64,000 bases of DNA from Cetorhinus maximus (GCF_964194155.1 NC_135899.1:83018001-83082000); one strand, 5' to 3'. Shown: positions 38,868-51,228, counted from the stretch's first letter. The notes: a model not told the origin generated them from the sequence alone. Numbers and translations: made by a program.

Positions 38868-39335
38868 AGACAAAATACTGCAGTTGCTGGAAATCTGAAA
38901 CAAAAACAAAAAGTGCTGGAAAAACTCAGCAGGTCTGACAGCATCTGTGGAGAGAAAGGCAGAGTTAACGTTTCGAGTCCATATGACTCTTCATCAGAAC
39001 AACAGAGTAAGATTTTTGATAAAAGCAAAAAACTGCGGATGCTGGAAATCCAAAACAAAAACAAAAATACCTGGAAAAACTCAGCAGGTCTGACAGCATC
39101 TGCGGAGAGGAACACAGTTAACGTTTCGAGTCCGAATGACTCTTCAACAGAACTAAGTAAAAATAGAAGAGAGGTGAAATATAAGCTGGTTTAAGGGGGG
39201 AGGGGGGTGGGACAAATAGAGCTGGATAGAGGGCCAGTGATAGGTGGAGATAACCAAAATATGTCATAGGCAAAAGGACAAAGAGGTGTTGAAGGTGGTG
39301 ATATTATCTAAGGAATGTGATAATAGGTGACATTA
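38868..39335 (-). mobile_element. Penelope-like element end: two tandem pseudo-LTR units plus adjacent element sequence
   Basis: Two ~150-nt units, each with a hammerhead-type core; host sequence TAAGATTTTT recurs at three junctions. Confidence 0.65.
38964..39000 (-). ncRNA. Minimal type I hammerhead ribozyme motif with intact core
   Basis: Minus strand GUU-CUGAUGA-A-GAGUC(AUAUG)GACUC-GAA-ACGU-U-AAC: core, stem II, palindromic ACGU in place of stem III, 3-bp stem I. Confidence 0.6.
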
Positions 39336-39539
39336 AGATTTTTGTTAGGCAAGGGAGTCAAGGGTTATGAGAGGGAGGGGGGTGGTGCAGTTAGGGGAGT
39401 GGAGTTGAGATCACAACCAGATCAGCCATGATCTTATTGAATGATAGAGCAGGTTTGAAGGGCCAAATGGCCTCCTCCTGCTCCTGTCAAGGCTGGCTTC
39501 AGTGACCAGAAGCTGCCTATGGGCGGGGCTTGATGGTGG

Positions 39540-39675
39540 ATGGTGCCCACTGCTCCCTGATTGGCAGGTGCTCAGGCCCACGTGTGCGGGTGGGGGCGGG
39601 GCCGAACTCCGTGATTGACAGGCGTTCGGGATCACGCGGGCGTACACCTCTTTCTGATTGACAGTTGCTCAGGCC

Positions 39676-39711
<36 letters not shown>

Positions 39712-39837
39712 GGTGGGGGTGGGGGCGGGGCCTACCTCCGTGATTGACAGGCGTTCGGGATCACGTGGCGTGGGCGGGGATCACGCCAAGGAAGACGCCG
39801 TTTGGTTTGCATTTGGTCATTGCAAGGACGGGAGACG
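39540..39837 (+). promoter_or_regulatory. ATP5IF1 CpG promoter built from a tandem duplication: 3x TGATTGACAG, 3x CACGTG, GC boxes and a (GT)n microsatellite
   Basis: Motifs read directly upstream of exon 1. Confidence 0.75.
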
Positions 39838-39912
39838 ATGGCGCGGCTGGTGTTGTTTAGGAGTCAGTTCATTGTCGCTCGGCAGATGCGGAGTTATGGC
39901 GATAGCAGCCAG
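39838..39912 (+). CDS. ATP5IF1: ATP synthase inhibitory factor 1, exon 1 (mitochondrial presequence MARLVLFRSQFIVARQMRSYGDSSQ)
   Basis: ATG in CpG island, Arg-rich presequence, CAG|gta donor, in frame with exon 2. Confidence 0.85.
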
Positions 39913-40309
39913 GTAGCCACCCGAAGAGGGCAGGGGAGGGGCTCGGTCAGGTCTGAGGGCCCGGCCCAGGGTAGGGTGGGATTGGGGAGGGGCGGAGCGG
40001 AGTGATATCCGGTCAGGGGTCCGGGTGACTCGGCTTGCGGATGATGTCGAGCTCGGTGAGTGAGTGAGTGATGGGGCAGCTAGTCCCTCCCGGCCTCCAG
40101 CTGGACTTGAACTGGAGGCTGCAGCTCCCCTGGGCCTGGATGTGTCTCCACCTCCGCACCCTAACCCCCATTACCCCACCCTCCACACCCTAACCCCCAT
40201 TACCCCCCCTCCCTCCCTCCCAAAAACCCCTCATCTCCAGCCTCCCAAGGTCACCGAGTCGGGCGGAGGGTCTGGGAGCTGCTCAGCGCTTCATAGTGAA
40301 AATGGAGCC

Positions 40310-40822
40310 CGGCCCTGGCGGAGGAGTGAGGGGGGAAATGGAGGCCAGAGGGAGGGGGAGGGGAGGGGGTGAGGGGGGGAAATGGAGGCCAGAGGGAGGG
40401 GAGGAGGTGGGAAATGGAGGCCAGAGGGAGGGGGAGGGGGTGAGGGGGGGAAATGGAGGCCAGAGGGAGGGGAGGAGGTGGGAAATGGAGGCCAGAGGGA
40501 GGGGAGGGGGTGAGGGGGGGAAATGGAGGCCAGAGGGAGGGTGAGGGGGGGAAATGGAGGCCAGAGGGAGGGGGAGGGGGTGAGGGGGGGAAATGGAGGC
40601 CAGAGGGAGGGGAGGAGGTGGGAAATGGAGGCCAGAGGGAGGGGAGGGGGTGAGGGGGGGAAATGGAGGCCAGAGGGAGGGTGAGGGGGGGAAATGGAGG
40701 CCAGAGGGAGGGGAGGAGGTGGGAAATGGAGGCCAGAGGGAGGGGAGGGGGTGAGGGGGGAAATGGAGGCCAGAGGGAGGGGAGGGGAGGAGGTGGGAAA
40801 TGGAGGCCAGAGGGAGGGGAGG
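40310..40822 (+). repeat. G-rich minisatellite, ~14 copies of GAAATGGAGGCCAGAGGGAGG with variable G-run spacers
   Basis: Counted directly. Confidence 0.95.
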
Positions 40823-41254
40823 GGCAGAGTCTGGGTCATTGGGGAGCTGGAGAGAATTCTGCAGCCGGCTGCAGTGTTTGGGCTGAAAGTTAGTCAGAAC
40901 AGGGTTTCACTCTCTCTCTTAACCACTGTTTTTAAAATGTCCACCTTCTTTACAGTGAAGAGCTTTAATGTTTTGCCAGTGGGGACTAGGGAAGGGTGAG
41001 CCAATTCAGCTTGTACCCTTACTTAGAAGATTAAATTATTCAAATGTGTTAATGGGATGACTGCGCTCAGGCCAGCCAGTGGTTTGTCCATCCCCGGTTG
41101 CCCTTGAGAAGGTGGTGGTGAGCTGCCACCTTGAGCCGCTGCAGCCCGCGTGATGTAGATGCAGCCGCAGCGCTGTGAGGGAGGGAGTTCCCAGGATTTT
41201 GACCCAGCGACGGTGAAGGAACGGCGGCGATATGTTTCCAAGTCTGGATGGTCC

Positions 41255-44200
41255 TTTATTCGGAAGGGAGGGAGACAGAAAGGGGTGGATTACAGGCCAG
41301 CTAGCTTGACATCTGTCAAAGGGAAAATGTCAGAAGCTGTCATTAAAGATGTTGTAGCAGGGCACTTGGAAAAGTTTAAGGCAATCAGGCCGAGTCAACG
41401 TGGTTTTCTGAAAAGCAAGTCATGTTTAACCAATTTATTGGAGCTCCTTGAAGGAGTCACGTGCTGTGATTAAAGGGGAACCAGTGGAGGTACTGTACCG
41501 AGATTCCCAAAAGGCATTTGATAAGTTTATTGTGTGGAAAATAAAAGCTCATGGTGTAGACTCATGGATGTTTACAGCACAGAAGGAGGCCATTCAGCCC
41601 ATCATGCCCGTGCCTGTCAACAAAGATCTGACTACACTAATCCCATTCTCCAGCACTTGGCCCATAGCCCTAGAGGCTATGGCAACACAAGCGAATAGCA
41701 AGATACTATTTAAATATTACGAAAGTTTCTAACTCAACCACCCTTTCAGGCAGTGAGTTCCAGACTCCCACCACCCTCTGGGTGAAAAGATTTCTCCTCA
41801 ACTCCCCTCTTAGCCTTCTACCTCTTACCTTAAATCTATGCCTTCTGGTTATTGACTCCTCCACTAATGGAAAAATTTCCTTCCAATCCACCCTACCTAT
41901 GCCCCTCGTAATCTCATACATCTCTATCAGGTCCCCTCTCGACCTTCACTGCTCCAAGAAAAACAACCCCAGCCTATCCAATCTCGCCTCATAGCTCAGA
42001 CTCTCCAGCCCAGGCAACATCCAGGTAAATCTCCTCTGCACCCTCTCCAGTGCAATCACATCCATCCTATCATGTGGTGACCAGAATTGCATGCAGTACT
42101 CCAGTTGTGGCCTAACCAGCGTTTTATACAGTTTCATCATAACCTCCCTGCTCTTGTATTCTATGCCTCGGCTAATAAAGGCAAGTATCCCATATGCCTC
42201 CTTAAGCACCTGCCCTGCTACCTTCAGGGATCTGTGGACATGCACACCAAGGTCCCCCTGATCTTCATTACTTTCCAGGGTCCTACCATTCAAAGTGTAA
42301 TGCCTTGCCTTGTTGGCCCTCCCAAGTGCATTACCTCTCACTTTGCTGGTTGAATCCCATTTGCCACTGCTCTGCCCGCCTGACCAGTCCATTGATATCC
42401 TCCAGCTTACAGCTATCCTCACTATTTACCACCCTACCAATTTTCATGTCATACCCCCTACATTTAAGCCCAAATCATTTATGTACACCACAAACAGCAA
42501 GGGACCTAGCACTAAGCCCTGCGGAACCCCACTGGAAATAGACTTTCAGTCACAGAAACATCCCTCTACCATCACCCCCTGCTTCCTGCCCCTCAGCCAA
42601 TTTTGGGTCCCATGGGCTTTTAGGGGTAACATACTGGCATAGATAGAAGATTGGCTAGCTAACGGGCAACAGTAGGTATGAATGAGTCTTTTTCTGATTG
42701 GCAGGATATGACGAGTGATGTGCCACAGGGATCAATGTTGGGGCCTCAGCTACTTTACAATTTATATAAATGACTCGGATGAAGGGACAGAAGGTATGGT
42801 TGCTAAATTTGCTAATGAGACAAAGATAGGTAGGAAAGTAAGTTGTGAAGAGCATGTAAGGAGACTACAATGTGACATAGGTTAAGTGTATGGGCAAAGA
42901 TCTGCAAATGGAATATAATGTGGGCAAATGTGAAATTGTCCATTTTGATAGGACAAATAAAAAAGCATATTATCTAAATGGTGAGAGATTGAAGAGCTCT
43001 GAGGTTCGGAGGGATCTGGGTGTCCTAGTGCATGAATTACAAAAGGCTAGTATGCAAGTAATTAGAAAAGCTAATAGAATATTATCGTTCATTGCGAGGG
43101 GAATTGAGTACAAAAGTAGGGATATTATGTTTTAGTTATACAGGGCACTGGTGAGACCACATCTGGAGTACTGTGTATGGTATTATTCACCTTATTTAAG
43201 GGAAAATGTAAATGTGTTAGAAGCAGTTCAGAGAAGGTTTACTAGACCAATATCAGGAATGGGCGGGTTGTCTTATGAGGAAAGGTTGGACAGGTTAGGC
43301 TTGTATTTACTGGAGTTTAGAAGAGTAAGAGGTGACTTGATCAAAACTTTTAAGATCCTGAGGAGTCTTGACGAGAATAGTTCCTCTTGTGAGAATCTAG
43401 AACTAGGGGCCACTTTAAAAATAAGGGGTTGCTCATTGAAGATAGAAATTGAGAATTTATTTCTTTTGAGGGTTGAGTGTCTTTGGCACTCTCTTCCTCA
43501 AAAGGCAATGGAAGCAGGGCCTTTGAATATTTTAAGGCAGAGGTTGATAACTTTTCACCCCCTTGCTTATCAAAAATCTTATCGGGGGTAAGCGGGAGGT
43601 TACAATCAGATCAACCATGATCTTATTGAATGGCAGAGCAGGGTTGAGGGGCCGAATGGCCTACTCCTGCTCGATGTTTGTTAAATTTCGAGGCGCAGTC
43701 CGTTTGTTAAATTCCAAGATGCAACAGGATCTAGGTATTCTAGTGCATGAGTCACAAAAAGTTAGTATGCAGGCTTCAGCATGTAATCCAGAAGGCTAAT
43801 GGAATGTTCCTTTATTACGAGAGGAATTGAACATAAAAGTAAGGATGTTATGCTTCAGTTATGCAGGGCATTGCTGAGACTGCATCTCGAATACTGTGTG
43901 CAGTTTTGGTCTCCCTATTTAAGAAAGAATGTATATGCATTAGAGGTGATTCAGAGGAGGTTTACTAGATTGATACCTGGAATGAGTGAGTTGTCTTATG
44001 AGGAATGGTTGGACAGGCTGGGCTTGTTTCCACTGGAGTTTAGAAGAGTGAGGGGTGACTTGATTGAAGTACATAAGATCCTGAATGGTATTGACAAGGT
44101 GGGCGTGGGAAGGATGTTTCCTCTTATGGGTGAGTCCAGAATTAGGAGGCACTGTTTTAAAATTATGGGTTGCCCTTTTAGGGCAAAGATGAGAAATTTT

Positions 44201-44420
44201 TTGAGGGTTGTGTGACTTTGGAACGCTGCACCTCAAAAGATGGTGGAGTGGGGTCATTGAATATTTTTAAGGCGGAGATGGAGTGATTTCCTTGCCTAAG
44301 ACGAATCTAAGGTTGTCGGAGGGAGGGTGGGGGAGAGGGGCGGGATAGATGGGAACGTGAAATTCGAAACACAAACAGATCAGTCATAAATAGCCTAATT
44401 CTGCTATATTTCGTATGTTT
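41255..44420. mobile_element. Nested CR1 fragments in ATP5IF1 intron 1 (plus-strand copies with a minus-strand copy at ~41560-42615)
   Basis: Several CR1 RT peptides in both orientations. Confidence 0.85.
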
Positions 44421-46025
44421 GTGCGTGGCATGGAGGGAAACTTACAGGTGATGGTGTTCTCATGCATCTGCTGCTCTTGTCTTATGTGTTAGAGGTCATC
44501 ATTTTGAAATGTCCTGTCAAAGGATCCTTGGTGAGTTGCTGAAATAAAAACAGAAAGTGCTAGAAAAATTTAGCATATCTGGCAGCATCTGTGATTAAGT
44601 TCCGAAGAAGAATGATATTGGACTCGAGACCTTAACTCTTGTTTCTTTTCCCACTGATGCTGCCACACCTGCTGAGTTCTTCCAGCACTTTTAAAAATTT
44701 CAGATCTCCAGCATCCTGCAGTAACTCACCAAGGCTCCTTCGACAGCACCTTCCAAACCTGTGACCTCTATCACCTAGAAGGGCAGCAAACACATGGGAA
44801 CACCACCACCTGCGAGTTCCCCTCCAAGCCACACATCATCCTGACCTGGAGCTAGATAGCCATTCCATCACTGTCGCTGGGTCAAAATCCTGGAGCCCCC
44901 CTCCCTAAAAGCATTGTGGGTGTACAGACACCACATGGACTATAGTGGTTCAAGAAGAGGACTCTTCTTTCAATGAAACCATTCAACAAGTTGGCTCCCC
45001 AACACCACCTCAGGGGCAATTAGGCATGGGCAATAAATGCTGGCCTAGCCAGTGACGCCCACATCCCATGAAAGAACTTATAAAAGCAAAACACTTCTGA
45101 TTTTGTTCTGTTACTGTAGTGCAACTGGTAGATGGTACATGCTGCTGCTGCTGTGAGCCAGTGGCCAAGGGAGCAAATGTTTAAGGTGATGGGGCGGGGT
45201 GCTGATCAAGTCAGCTGCTTTGTTTTAGATAGTACTTACAATTCTTAAATGTTGGAGCTGTACACATCTAGGCGAGTGGAAAGTATTCCATCACATTACT
45301 GACTTGTGCTTTGTAGACGGTGGACAGGCTTTGGGGAGTCAGGAGGTGAGTTACTTGCTGCAGAATTTCCAGTCTCTGACCTGCTCCACAATATTTACAC
45401 GTAGCTGGTCCAGTTCAGTTTCTGCTCAGTAATAACCCCCAGGATAATGTAGGATTCAGTGATGGTAACCCCAGTGAATGTCAGGGGGAGGTGGTTTGAC
45501 TCTTGGTCGTTATCGGGCACAGGTGTCAATGGTACCTTTGTCATTTTGGCACGCAAGATATTTTGCAAAGGAGCCTGAATGGGGCAACTTTATCTGTTGA
45601 GTGGCTTGTGACTTTCAGAATCGCTGGTCAGCAGTAGAAAGTGAAGTGAGACATCGCAATTCCTTATTTCAAATCGGTCTTGTTTACTTCCCAGTGGTAC
45701 AGGCTATCGTGCAGGTTAGGTAGTAACTGCTTCACTTGGCACATCATTTGTGGTGACAGAATAGAAGCTAACTGAGCTTAGTATCATGGAATAACCTGGC
45801 ATCTAACTTCATCATTAAGATGGTGCTGGTTTAGAGTCATCAGCCACCTGAGTGCCCATGGGTTTGCATTGAATACGGTGACAATGCTGCTGAGATGTCG
45901 GGCTGTTCCAGTTTGTATACAAGAGCTGTATAATTTCCTTCAAAAGGAAATTGTTTTTCAAGGTAACTTGGATAATATTGTATATGTGTTTCTAACACTA
46001 AATACCATACATTATTGTGTTTCAG

Positions 46026-46138
46026 CTAGGAGAATTGGGCAAGGGAGCTGGGAAGGGAGGTGGTGGTGGAGGAAGCATTAGAGAAGCGGGAGGTGCATTC
46101 GGCCAAAGGCAAGCAGCAATGGAGGAGAAATACTTCAG
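46026..46138 (+). CDS. ATP5IF1: ATP5IF1 exon 2 ([38 protein letters not shown])
   Basis: IF1 signature [11 protein letters not shown]...EExYFR; cag/gtaa splice sites; 113 nt. Confidence 0.96.
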
Positions 46139-48384
46139 GTAAATATTTCTACAATCTGTGAATTTTGTCATTTATGGCCTGCAGTTTGTTCCTCTCCCCA
46201 CCCCCATCCTGATAATTTTAATGACCTGAATTAATATAAGTAATTCAGCTTGCAATCTAATCTACTGATTTGATTTGAGGATCCCCTGAATTGAGAGGAG
46301 TTAACTCTGGATTTGACAGCCTCTGCAGCTCTCTGTAAACTGTTTAACATTATCTGATGCTTGCTGACAGGAATGGTTAACTTTATTTGCCTTCGTATTA
46401 AAATTCCAGCTTGATAGCCCAAAGTGAATGTTTGCATTGTAGTTACATTCTTGTCCTTGCATTTAATGATACAGATGCATCGGCACAAAGCTAGTGTAGG
46501 CTTTCAATGACATTTAAGGCAAAAGCAGATGACTAGGTATGCTTTTGTACAATGAATGGTTTCCTGGCTGCAGTTATCACCATCTGCTTGGTGTAGTGTA
46601 CCTTTCAAATAATCTATCCAGACCAGAATTAAAGGCATGTATCATGGGAAATGACAGGGCAGAAACATAAGCATTTGACTCGTCAAGATTGTGATGATGT
46701 TTTTCTCCACTTGGACCACCACTTTTGTGCGTGTTCTCACTCTGCATTTTAAACATTTTCAAGCAACTGTCTAATTTCACTTAAAGAATTGATGGACTCT
46801 TCTCTCTCAAAGGCTTGAAGCATAGAATTCCGTGTTTCGGCAGCCTCAAATTCTTTCTAAACTATCAATGTTTACAAATATTGTCTTGGCAAAGAATAGA
46901 TATCACTATCTGATCTAAGGAAACACTTCAATACTCTAGTAGGCCACCCTTTAACTTGGTCACTAATCGAGGCCCAGTTCCTGAAATCTCTCCACAAAGA
47001 TAACCTCTCATCCCTGGTACAATTTAATTCAATCTGATGTTGCACTTTTTCCCACTGCTTTTAGATCCATCCTACAAAGGGTTCCTTACAACTGCTCAGT
47101 GCTCCAACTGCGACATCACCTCAGTTGTGCTTTTCGTTTTGCCTCTTATAGTCATAATTATCGACTGCTAATTTTTAATGACTGTGTATCTTGCCAAAGC
47201 TCCTTTGCCCCTACTATTTTAAAATGTCATTTATGGTGTATTTTCTTAGTAAATGTCTGCTGTGTTGAATTCAGTCTACTGCTCTGTTGTGAGCAAATTG
47301 GACCAATCTGTATCGCATCTTTGCAAGCATCTACTGTGCAGAGCAAAATGTTTTTTGAAAGTCCACATAATCCACATCCAGAGTGGTTATTTTATCTATT
47401 CTGATATTTCTTTTAAAATATGACCTCCATTTGAGAAATCCATGCTGACTGGTTGAAAACTTGTTCCCTGAACTACTTGGTAATTTATTTCCATATTGTG
47501 GACTTCAGCAATTTACTCACAATTGATGTAAGGCTGTCTGACCTACAATTCCTTTGTTTACCCTTGCTTCCTTTTTGAAAGGGGCTGTTGTATTTGCTAC
47601 CCTTTAGCACAATTTTCTTTTTCATGGAATGTTGGCAATTTCTGGTCAGAACCTTTGCTATGCCTTCACTAGGTTTCCTCCGATTTAAGTAAATCCATTT
47701 AAGGTTCAACTAACTTATGTGCATTAGTTTTTGAGCATCCCAGTCCAATACTCCCTTTCTTTCTCCGCTTCCCCCACAACCCCATCCTGTCTGAAAACTG
47801 AAATCAAGGATTAGTAAATATTTGCCATCACTTTGCTGTTTGTATCCACCCACTGCCTTAGTTTTCTAATTTCTTGTTTGATGTAAACTGATAAGCTGCC
47901 CTCACTATTTTCACTAACTTTTCTCAATTTGTTCTTGGGCAATTTAATTTGCTTTAGTTTTCCAAATTTTTATCCTGTATTTTATTTTTATTATCTGCTC
48001 TTTAAGTTTCAAATGTTATATAAACAATGTTTCTTTACTGGAATTTCAAATTCATATCCTTTCATCTCATGTTGAAATACCACTCTATCTATTTACCTTT
48101 ATATTCTTAGTACCTGATCACCTTAACTTGCTTTTTCCTAATCAGTTTTTTTCATTACACTTGTGTAATGCTTATGAATGATGTGCATCTAGGTTGTCTG
48201 ATACAATGTAGGTTAACTGCAGGCAGCTGGCAGAAGGTTACTAAGTAATTCACCTGAAGTTCTGATGTAAATTCAAAACACATGGATAGTTTGAAGTCAC
48301 TAGCCACACCACAATGACATGTAATTTTAGTCTATTGAGCAAATCAGTTACATGATGGACTCGACTGTGTTTAATATAGCCGAG

Positions 48385-49960
48385 GAGAATAGGTAATGTG
48401 AGATGGAAATGCTGAAGGCAGATAGTGAACCAGACTGAATATAGAAGGTTCAGAGGGGAGGTGAAAAAGCAAATAAGAGAAGCAAAGAGGGAGTATGAAA
48501 AGAGACTGGCAGCTAACATAAAAGGGAATCCCAAAATTTCCTGTTGGCATATAAATAGTAAAAGGGTGGTAAAAGGAGTAGGGCTGATTAGGAACCAAAA
48601 AAGGGGAGGCAGAGGGCATAGCTTAGATATTACATGAATACTTTACATCTGCCTTTACCAAGGAAGAACATGCTATCCAAGCATGATGAGAGGAGGTAAT
48701 TCAGACAAGAGAAGGGTTTACAGTTGATAAGGGGGAGATATTATTGGATAGTGTGCCTGTACTTAAAGTGGATAAGGCACCGAGACTGGATGAAATGCAT
48801 GCAAGGATACCGAGGGAAGTAGGAGTGGAAATTGCAGAACACTGGCCATAATTTGTTGGTCTTCCTTACACTCGGGTGGTGCCACAGGACTGGAGAATTG
48901 CAAACGTTACACCTTTGTTCAAAAAAGTGTGCAGAGATGAGCCCTGCTACTACAGGCCAGTCAGTTGAATTTTGGTGGTGGGGAAACTCGTAGAAACAAT
49001 AATTTGGGACAAAATTAATAATCACATGGACAATGCAGATTGATTAAGGAAAGCCAGCATAAATTTCTTAAGGGAATATAGCGTTTAACTAACTTGGCTA
49101 GTGTTTAACTCACTTGCTGGAGTTTTTTGAAGAGGTAACAAGGTTGATGAGGGCAATGTTGTTGATGTGGTGTGCATGGACTCCCAAAGGCATTTGATAC
49201 AGTGCTGCACAACAGACTTGTGGCCATTGTTGTAGCTCATGGAATAAAAGGGACAGCAGCAGCATGGATGCAAAATTGGCTGAGTGACAGGAAACAGTAG
49301 TCGTTAAGGCTCTGAAGAAAGCCATACGGACTCGAAATGTTAACTCGTATTTTTTTCTCCACAGATGCTGCCAGACCTGAGTTTTTCCAGCATTTTCTGT
49401 TTTTATTTCAGATTTCCAGCATCCGCAGTATTTTGCTTTTATTCTATAGGTTATGTTGAGCTTTTATAAGACATTTGTTCGGCCTCAGCTGGAGTATTGC
49501 ATCCAGTCCTGGGTGTCGCACTTCAGGAAAGATGTAGAAGCATTGGGGAGAGTGCGGAAAAGATTCATGAGAATGGTTCCAGGGGTGAGGAATTTCAGTT
49601 ATGAAGATAGATTGGAGATGGGGGAGAGGAGATCTGATATTCAAAATCATGAATGATAGGGAGAAACTTGTGAAAGGATCAAGAACAAAAGGGCACAGAT
49701 TTTTAAAGTAATTGCTAAAAGAAGCAAAAGCGAGAAGAGAAAATCATCTTCATGCAGCGAGTGGTTAAGGTCTGGAATGCACTGCCTCTGTGTATGGTGG
49801 AGGCAGGTTCAATCGAGGCATTCTAAAGTGAATTAGACTGTTATCTGAAAAGGAGGAACGTGCAGGGTTATGGGGAGAAGATAGGAAAATGCTCATTTGG
49901 AGAGCTGGTGCAGACATGATAGGCCGGATGGCTACCAGCTGCACAGTAACAGTTCGGTGA
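48385..49960 (+). mobile_element. Degenerate CR1 ORF2 fragments with a Penelope-type short repeat at ~49310-49443
   Basis: KKQIREAKREYEKRLAANIKGNPK, FVRPQLEYC. Confidence 0.8.
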
Positions 49961-50968
49961 TTCTGGTAAAGATCATATTCGTGCCTTGATAAATGTAATG
50001 TGTTTTATTGGAATTGGTTTTCTGCTGTAGACTAGAAAGTTATTGTTATGCTGTGGAATGTTTAAACTGCTTTTACCTTTGTACCGAAATCCACAAAAAC
50101 AAGCTTCACCCTTTTCCCAAATAAACCCCAAAACCAGTATGCACACCAAAGGATTTCCCTCTAAAATAGAAGCAAAATACTGCGCATGCTGGAGATTTGA
50201 AATAAAAGCAAGCTGCTGGAAAAACTCAGCAGGTCGGCATCATCTGTGGAGAGAGAAAAACAGAGTTAATGTTTCATGTCCCACATGACTCGATGAGTTT
50301 TTGCAGCACTTTCTATTTTTATTTCATTACTTCCCTTAATCTATTCTAACAGTGAGATTGCCAATACAGTACCAAATTAAGGGTGGAGTTGTTCTATTTT
50401 CATGTCGATTTAGCAGTGAACTAAGCTTGCTCAAACTCCATGCCAAGGGTCTTGAACCAGCAGATAAACTAAATCCCAAAGTTTCAGAACATCTGTTTGA
50501 TAAGTTCTTTACCTAGCTGATTCATAAAACTGGAGACAATAATATGTGATGATTCACTTATTGATTGAAATACTAATATTATACACCCAGACAATAATGC
50601 ATATTAGCTCACATCTAAATTTTGCACAAATGGATTTAATGAAGTGTGAAAATCACACCACTGTGTCTCGAAGGTAACAAGAGATTTCTTTCTAAGTAAA
50701 AATGCATTTGCTTTTTTATAACTTTTTCTTTATGGTCATCTTGCTCAATGCAACATTACCTGATGTTTCATGACTGCCCAGTTGTTCAAACCTATTATTG
50801 AACAGAAACAAGCACACTTACCTTTTCAAAACATTCTGTTTCTTAGCCTTGTTACTTGGGAAAAGCAGTGATTTGTTGTAAATAATTTTTGATGGATGAC
50901 CTATAGCAGCATACTGCTTTTTTTCAACCGCCTACCAGGTAATTCAAGGCAATTCTGTTTTGTTGCAG

Positions 50969-51125
50969 GGAAAAGGAAAGTGAACAGATTGCAAATCTGA
51001 GGAAGCACCACCAAGAGGAGATTCATCACCATGAAGAGGAAATACAGCGTTTACAAAATGAGATTAAACGCCGCAAGCATCAGATCAAGAAGTTGGAGCA
51101 TACTGATGGCAGTGACAGCGACTAG
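50969..51125 (+). CDS. ATP5IF1: ATP5IF1 exon 3 ([51 protein letters not shown])
   Basis: cag acceptor, His-rich coiled coil, TAG stop; total 114 aa. Confidence 0.95.
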
Positions 51126-51172
51126 GATTTCTGATGTTCCTACTTGGCTTTGCGTGTCTCAATCATAGAATT

Positions 51173-51228
51173 AATAAATACTGTTTGCGTAATCGTGCTT
51201 GGATGTAAATTGTGCATTCCCAAATAAA
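51173..51228 (+). terminator. Two AATAAA polyadenylation signals of ATP5IF1 (51173-51178 and 51223-51228)
   Basis: About 50 and 100 nt after the stop codon. Confidence 0.7.

Larger units (their letters stand above)
37765..39490 (+). mobile_element. CR1 LINE fragments carrying nested Penelope-type insertions
   Basis: DIDRLNEWAKIWQMEYNVGKC, WVRPHLENC, 3'UTR. Confidence 0.85.

Noticed and set aside
40291-40999. Pro-rich and Gly/Arg-rich repetitive ORFs, and a CRISPR-like repeat-spacer appearance
   Set aside because: Minisatellite: spacers are G-run variants rather than unique sequences, and the context is a eukaryotic intron with no cas genes
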